Of a stretch of DNA of 64,000 nucleotides, positions 59,017-64,000 are shown one piece after another (positions within the stretch are counted from its first letter, which is position 1; the number at the start of each line of letters is the position of its first letter). Source of the stretch: a virus. The notes under the pieces were generated by a model. The model ran no database searches and was not told the origin of the DNA. It worked only from the letters and a program-made list of their open reading frames with translations. Location of the stretch: positions 32,769 to 96,768 of IMG/VR virus record IMGVR_UViG_3300026484_000351. One strand, given 5' to 3'. The position numbers and the translations under genes are program-made.

Positions 59017-59318
59017 TTGAAAATGTATATAAGGAAAAAGAAAAAATAAATTATATTATTTCAAATAGCATACAAGAGATTTTAAAAAAGGGGTTGAGAG
59101 TAGCAGAGAAATCACTTGGTTCTTTGGAAGATGATATAGGCATTATGTTAAGAGCGTTGCAGTTAAAAAATAAGATTTATGACTATGTGGTTTTTATTAA
59201 ATACAACGAATTATTTAAACGCTTTGAAGGTAAAGTTGTATATAGTCTTATTAATACAGAAAAAATGGATGCAAAAGAAGCTAAACAATGGGAAATTGAA
59301 TTAGAATTCTTTTTTTAG
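59010..59318 (+). CDS. hypothetical protein
   Basis: ORF in operon. Confidence 0.65.
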   Translation: MLIENVYKEKEKINYIISNSIQEILKKGLRVAEKSLGSLEDDIGIMLRALQLKNKIYDYVVFIKYNELFKRFEGKVVYSLINTEKMDAKEAKQWEIELEFFF

Positions 59319-59327
59319 GAGAGCGAC

Positions 59328-59663
59328 ATGAATGATAAAATAACTAGAATAACTGCAGTAAAGTATTCAAAAAATTCTGAAGACAATAGATATAAGTTAT
59401 TTATGAATTTAGTTAATAAAGAGGAATTTGAAAAATTCCTCACTAATGAAGCAATAGATGTAGATATAACAGACAAAATTATTTGTGATTTTGTTATCGA
59501 TAGCCACAAAAATTTTGTAAAGAAACTCAAAAAAACATTAAAAACATTAGATGGTATTAATGCGTCAGTTAAAATCAAACAAGATATAATTAATATTTTT
59601 TTAAGTGAAAACGCACTTTTAGAAACAGACATTTCAATTAATAATAACAAGAGATATATATGA
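59328..59663 (+). CDS. hypothetical protein ending NKRYI
   Basis: ORF with AGGAG RBS. Confidence 0.7.
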   Translation: MNDKITRITAVKYSKNSEDNRYKLFMNLVNKEEFEKFLTNEAIDVDITDKIICDFVIDSHKNFVKKLKKTLKTLDGINASVKIKQDIINIFLSENALLETDISINNNKRYI

Positions 59664-60034
59664 AAATAATAGTGGCTGGTTCAAGAGATTTTAACGATAA
59701 AAAGTTGCTGTTTTCAAAAGTTGATAAAATTAAAATTTCATTAAATATTTCTGAAATAGTATCAGGAACAGCAAGAGGTGCAGATACATTAGGAGAACAA
59801 TACGCTGTAGAAAATGGTCTTAAGTGCACTAAATTTTCAGCAGAATGGAATTTATATGGCAAAAGCGCTGGTCATAAGAGAAATTCGTTAATGGGTGAGT
59901 ACACTGATTATGCCTTAGTTTTTTGGGATGGAAAATCTAGAGGATCTAAAAATATGATTGACACCATGAAAAAATTTAAAAAACCAGTTATTACTATTAA
60001 ATATACTGAAATAGATATGTTTGAAGATTTCTAA
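59660..60034 (+). CDS. SLOG family protein (YspA/DUF2493-like)
   Basis: IIVAGSRDF, IVSG.ARGAD, AG..RN..M, FWDG.SRG. Confidence 0.88.
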   Translation: MKIIVAGSRDFNDKKLLFSKVDKIKISLNISEIVSGTARGADTLGEQYAVENGLKCTKFSAEWNLYGKSAGHKRNSLMGEYTDYALVFWDGKSRGSKNMIDTMKKFKKPVITIKYTEIDMFEDF

Positions 60035-60077
60035 AAAGGATTAAAAATGATAGAAAAAAAGTTACAGGCAGCACAAA

Positions 60078-60914
60078 ATGGTTCATTTTAACTTTAAGAG
60101 TTTTAAGAAACCCGAACATACACTTGTGGTAAAAGAGGGGGAAAAATACTTATGGCCTCTTTTCCACAACCATCACTATATGACAAGTAATCAAAGTATT
60201 ATAGATTCTTTACCTCGTTCGTCTAAGTTCTTCACATTTTATTGGATTAGAGAAAATAAAGAAATACTCATAGGCTGCTTAGGTGTGCTCAATCAAATTT
60301 CAAAAAAACCAGCTAGGCGAGTTACCAGAATGGTAATATTACCAGAATATCAAGGATTGGGGTTCGCTCCAATAATGTTAAATAATATATCTGAGCTATA
60401 CTTAAAAGAAAATATTACAATGTATATTTCCACTTTTCATCCCAGGTTAGGAAATTATTTTGAAAACTCAAATTCTTGGGTAGCTTCAAATAATAATATG
60501 ACAACTTTTAGAACAGCAACTGTTGAAGAAGGCCCTCTTAAAGATACTTTAAGAGATGGCGTGGCAATGTACAGATATCACTATATTGGAGGAACTGGAT
60601 ATAAACTAAATTTTAATCCATTAACTATAACTAAATATGAAGCTGAGCTTAAGAAAATGGACAATAATAATAAGGAATATAAAAATCTAAAGAGAAAATT
60701 ACAATCTTTAAAAAAGATAGCAGAAACAGATTATAAAGAAACAACTCCTGAAGAGTTAAAGACTAGTTACCCTGAACATATCAAATCTAAAAAAGAGCAT
60801 AAGCAACTCTTTAAGAAAAATAAACGAAAAACGCTAACTACAGCAGAGAGAAAAGCCAAAAAATTAGAACTTAAAATTAAAAAAGAGCAAACAGATGCTT
60901 TTGATGATTTTTAA
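60078..60914 (+). CDS. GNAT-family acetyltransferase
   Basis: F..HHY, R.VILPEYQGLG. Confidence 0.75.
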   Translation: MVHFNFKSFKKPEHTLVVKEGEKYLWPLFHNHHYMTSNQSIIDSLPRSSKFFTFYWIRENKEILIGCLGVLNQISKKPARRVTRMVILPEYQGLGFAPIMLNNISELYLKENITMYISTFHPRLGNYFENSNSWVASNNNMTTFRTATVEEGPLKDTLRDGVAMYRYHYIGGTGYKLNFNPLTITKYEAELKKMDNNNKEYKNLKRKLQSLKKIAETDYKETTPEELKTSYPEHIKSKKEHKQLFKKNKRKTLTTAERKAKKLELKIKKEQTDAFDDF

Positions 60915-60923
60915 AAAGGAAAT

Positions 60924-61565
60924 ATTATTAAAACAAAAATACAAGAAGATAAAATTACTAAGCAAATCTGTGAAAATTTTACTATTGAACATAATGGTGA
61001 AATAGAGTTTAAAGAGCATAAAATACCTAAAGATATGATTCCCAATGATTTTAATATTGGGTTAATTGTAGGTAAATCTGGAAGTGGCAAAACAACTCTT
61101 TTGTCTACTTTTGGAGATTGTAAGAAAGCAGTATGGGAAGAACATAAAGCGATAGCATCCCATTTTGAAGACTATAATGAAGCCGAAGAAAGATTACTAG
61201 GTGCAGGAATAGCAAGTATCCCAACTTGGTTAAAACCTTATAGTATTCTTAGTAATGGAGAAAAGCATAGAGCAGATTTGGCATTTACAATTGGTTCAGA
61301 TATGGTTATTGATGAGTTTGTTTCTTATGTTGATGATAATGCTGCAATGGGTGTTTCCAATAGTATTCAAAAATTTATAAGAAAACAAAATTTTACAGGT
61401 ATTGTATTTGCTTCACTTAATAAAAATCTTATTGAATATCTTCAACCAGATTGGGTATATGATGCAGATATTAAAACGCTAACAGTTAATTCTGAAATTT
61501 ATGATATAGAATCTCTAAGTCCGATGAAATACACCAAACGAAAAGCATTTATGGAAATTAAGTAA
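60924..61565 (+). CDS. ABC-type ATPase (probable ATT start)
   Basis: GKSGSGKTT, LSNGEKHRA signature, VIDEF; frame open from ATT at 60924 behind AAGGA. Confidence 0.8.
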   Translation: MIKTKIQEDKITKQICENFTIEHNGEIEFKEHKIPKDMIPNDFNIGLIVGKSGSGKTTLLSTFGDCKKAVWEEHKAIASHFEDYNEAEERLLGAGIASIPTWLKPYSILSNGEKHRADLAFTIGSDMVIDEFVSYVDDNAAMGVSNSIQKFIRKQNFTGIVFASLNKNLIEYLQPDWVYDADIKTLTVNSEIYDIESLSPMKYTKRKAFMEIK

Positions 61566-61594
61566 TGTTTAAGTACAATTAAGAAAGGAATACT

Positions 61595-63361
61595 ATGATA
61601 TATAGAATATATGATATAAATGAAAGTTATTGTCAATTAGAATCTGATGATATACAATTTAAAAAGAAAGTAATAGAAACTCTTTCTGTTTTTGAAGAAG
61701 GTTACAAATTTAGTGCTCTTTTTAGGGCTGGCGTTTGGGACGGCAAAAAACATTTTTACACCATTGAATCTAATACTAATATCCAGTTTCCTAAAGGGCT
61801 AGTTCCTTATATAATTAAAGATCTCCACAAACATAACTATCAATATGAATATGCTCCTATTAGTACTAGCTACGAACTCGATTTTGAAGTATTCACGGAT
61901 TTTGTTAAAACATTAGGGTTACCTTTTGAGCCATATGATTACCAATTGAAGGCGGCACACGATATGCTTACACTCAGAAGATTAACTTTAAGAAGTGCTA
62001 CATCAAGTGGGAAATCTTTAATAGCGTATTTATTTTTTAGATATATGCTAGCGAATAATATGAATTCTCTTTTAGTAGTTCCATCAATTAATCTTGTAGA
62101 TCAAATGTTTACAGATTTTGAGGATTATGGTTTTAAAGACGCAGGGAAATATATTAAACAGATTGGTGGAGATCACAAAGGTTCAAAAGATTTATCAGAA
62201 AAGCCTATAGTGGTAAGTACTTGGCAATCTTTAATACGAATGAGTGCAAATGAATTCGAAATATTTGACGGAATCGTTATCGATGAAGCGCATTCTGTTA
62301 AGAGTAATTGTTTGGACAATATTATTAAAAGAGCCACTAAAGCAAAATGGAAATTAGGAATGACTGGGACTATACCAAGAACAAGGGTGGACAAGTTACA
62401 GCTGTTGGGTACCCTAGGTAGAGTACACCAGGTTATAAGCCCTCAAGGCTTAATAGACAGAGGGTTAGCTACCCCTATTAGAATAAATGCTTTGTATCTT
62501 AATTATAGTACAGGTGATAGGGATATGCTTAATAAAGGCAAAAAACCTGATTATACCAAAGAAACTAAATTTATTACTGAACACTATTATAGAAATCTTA
62601 AAGTAGCACAAATCCTTATAAAGTTAGCTAAGACTGGTAATGTTCTAGGTACTTTTGCGCATATAGCACATGGTGAAAAACTTTTAAAAATGTGTATTGA
62701 ATTAAGGACAGGAAAAACAAATGTAGAACTTCTTCATAAGATAACCCCGAAGCCGTTACAAGAGGCTTTTGAAAAATGGGAAAGAAATTCTGATTTAAAT
62801 TTTTATATGAATGCCCCTATAACCTTACTTGATAAGAAAAAGATTTTAAAAAATTTAGGGAAGATATCTACTATAGAAAGAGCTCACTTATTTTTAGAAA
62901 GAGTTCATTCTTTAGATGAGATAGGGATATTTCTTATAACGGGTGCAGTTTCGGGTTCTTCTAGGGAATATATCAGAAAGAATTTAGAGACAATTGATAA
63001 TAGCAAAACAAATGAAGGTGCCATTATTCTAGGAGGCTGGGCAGTTGTATCGACAGGAGTAAACTTCAAGAACTTGCATTCTATAGTATATTGCTCTAGC
63101 TTAAAATCTTATACAAAGATAATCCAATCAATTGGCCGTGGAATGAGATTGCATAAATCTAAATCTATGGTACAAATTTATGATATGGTTGATATTCTAA
63201 CAAGTAATAATCAGAGTGAAAGACCAAATTATGTTCTGAAACATTTTTATGAACGATTAGAATATTATCGTGAGGACGGCTACCCCATAGTAGAGAAAGA
63301 AATTATATTAGAAGGAGATACAAAAAGTCACGAAATCAAAAATTTTATGGAAGAATGGTAG
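61595..63361 (+). CDS. uvsW: UvsW-like SF2 helicase
   Basis: YDYQ, ATSSGKS, DEAH, GMTGT, STGVN, QSIGRG.R. Confidence 0.92.
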   Translation: MIYRIYDINESYCQLESDDIQFKKKVIETLSVFEEGYKFSALFRAGVWDGKKHFYTIESNTNIQFPKGLVPYIIKDLHKHNYQYEYAPISTSYELDFEVFTDFVKTLGLPFEPYDYQLKAAHDMLTLRRLTLRSATSSGKSLIAYLFFRYMLANNMNSLLVVPSINLVDQMFTDFEDYGFKDAGKYIKQIGGDHKGSKDLSEKPIVVSTWQSLIRMSANEFEIFDGIVIDEAHSVKSNCLDNIIKRATKAKWKLGMTGTIPRTRVDKLQLLGTLGRVHQVISPQGLIDRGLATPIRINALYLNYSTGDRDMLNKGKKPDYTKETKFITEHYYRNLKVAQILIKLAKTGNVLGTFAHIAHGEKLLKMCIELRTGKTNVELLHKITPKPLQEAFEKWERNSDLNFYMNAPITLLDKKKILKNLGKISTIERAHLFLERVHSLDEIGIFLITGAVSGSSREYIRKNLETIDNSKTNEGAIILGGWAVVSTGVNFKNLHSIVYCSSLKSYTKIIQSIGRGMRLHKSKSMVQIYDMVDILTSNNQSERPNYVLKHFYERLEYYREDGYPIVEKEIILEGDTKSHEIKNFMEEW

Positions 63362-63375
63362 TTATTAAGATTGTT

Positions 63376-63396
63376 CTAAGATTGTTATGTTATAAT
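63376..63396 (+). promoter_or_regulatory. Early-type promoter
   Basis: CTAAGATTGTTATGTTATAAT. Confidence 0.8.
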
Positions 63397-63430
63397 TATA
63401 CAAACAAATTAGAACAACAAGGAAATTAAA

Positions 63431-63721
63431 ATGAGAAAAGCAACAGGAACAACTACAGTAAGTGTAGAGTTAGTGACAGAGTTTAAAAGAAAAATAGTAA
63501 ATTACATAACATTAATGAACAAAGCATTAAGTGGTGAAACATTATTTGGAAATAAAATACAGATGCCAACAAGAAACCTAAATGATATTAAAGCAGATTT
63601 CATTGTTAAAAGTACTATCATTTTAAACAAAGCAGGTTTAAATAAAAGTAGAGCTAAATCAATTTCTAAATATGTAATGGATAAAACTCTAGAAGAAACA
63701 ATGGTTGAAATCGGTTTGTAA
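63431..63721 (+). CDS. hypothetical protein
   Basis: ORF after promoter and RBS. Confidence 0.7.
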   Translation: MRKATGTTTVSVELVTEFKRKIVNYITLMNKALSGETLFGNKIQMPTRNLNDIKADFIVKSTIILNKAGLNKSRAKSISKYVMDKTLEETMVEIGL

Positions 63722-63829
63722 GTATAACTAATTATAAATATTAGTATATAAGAGGAAACTTTTATATACTAACTCTTTGCGGTCTTTAGTACATAAAAGT
63801 TTTAAACCGCAATTACTCTTATAAATTAA

Positions 63830-64000
63830 TTTATAAGAAACTACAATGAAAATTCCCCAAATAAAACAATATTTAAAATAAGGGCCTTTCAATTAGGTAG
63901 AGTAACTTCAGAGATGACAAAAATTAAACTACGCAATAAACTCACGGGCCAAAAACGAACTCAAGAAGCTAAAGATAATAATAGTAGAGCCCAAACAGGC
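63830..64000 (+). other. NUMOD3-like repeats of a truncated or decayed endonuclease frame
   Basis: GRVTSEMTKIKLRNKLTGQKRTQEAKDNNSRAQTG running off the window edge. Confidence 0.5.

Noticed and set aside
60053-60061. Programmed -1 frameshift at A-AAA-AAG upstream of the GNAT
   Set aside because: A -1 shift leads to a short dead frame; reaching the GNAT needs +1.
1996-62394. Minus-strand and nested ORFs in the track (e.g. 1996-2253, 3357-3911, 44577-45023, 50390-50797, 59315-59650)
   Set aside because: They are shadows of well-supported plus-strand genes, with no RBS or motifs.
1-64000. CRISPR array, tRNA or rRNA genes
   Set aside because: No regularly spaced repeats or cloverleaf/T-loop signatures seen by eye. 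The recurring 21-mer is a dispersed promoter. tRNAscan-SE was not run.

Overview
This is a very AT-rich, almost entirely plus-strand segment of a large lytic phage with T4-like replication genes (topoisomerase II subunits, UvsW). Promoter architecture, AAGGA ribosome-binding sites and a FliM-like peptide suggest a Campylobacterota host (inference). Recognisable genes include thyX, a MoxR-type AAA+ ATPase, a metallopeptidase-vWA protein, an Apyc1-like MBL hydrolase, three nucleotidyltransferases, an NAD module (Nampt, Nmnat-like, NAD kinase, broken sirtuin), a hsp20-dnaK-grpE-dnaJ cluster, coaE, a beta-helix tailspike-like gene, a GIY-YIG endonuclease, and one full plus two partial IS607 copies. 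The most striking unexplained signal is a shared C-terminal peptide, (Y/H)-P-E-x-(F/Y/W)-(I/L/V)-COOH. It ends 17 otherwise dissimilar small proteins, is conserved as protein rather than DNA, and 13 carriers flank the AAA+ and peptidase-vWA genes. One carrier starts with the CheY-binding peptide of FliM. My hypothesis is a phage adaptor library that docks host targets onto a common remodelling or proteolytic machine. All family assignments are by eye from motifs; no searches were run.
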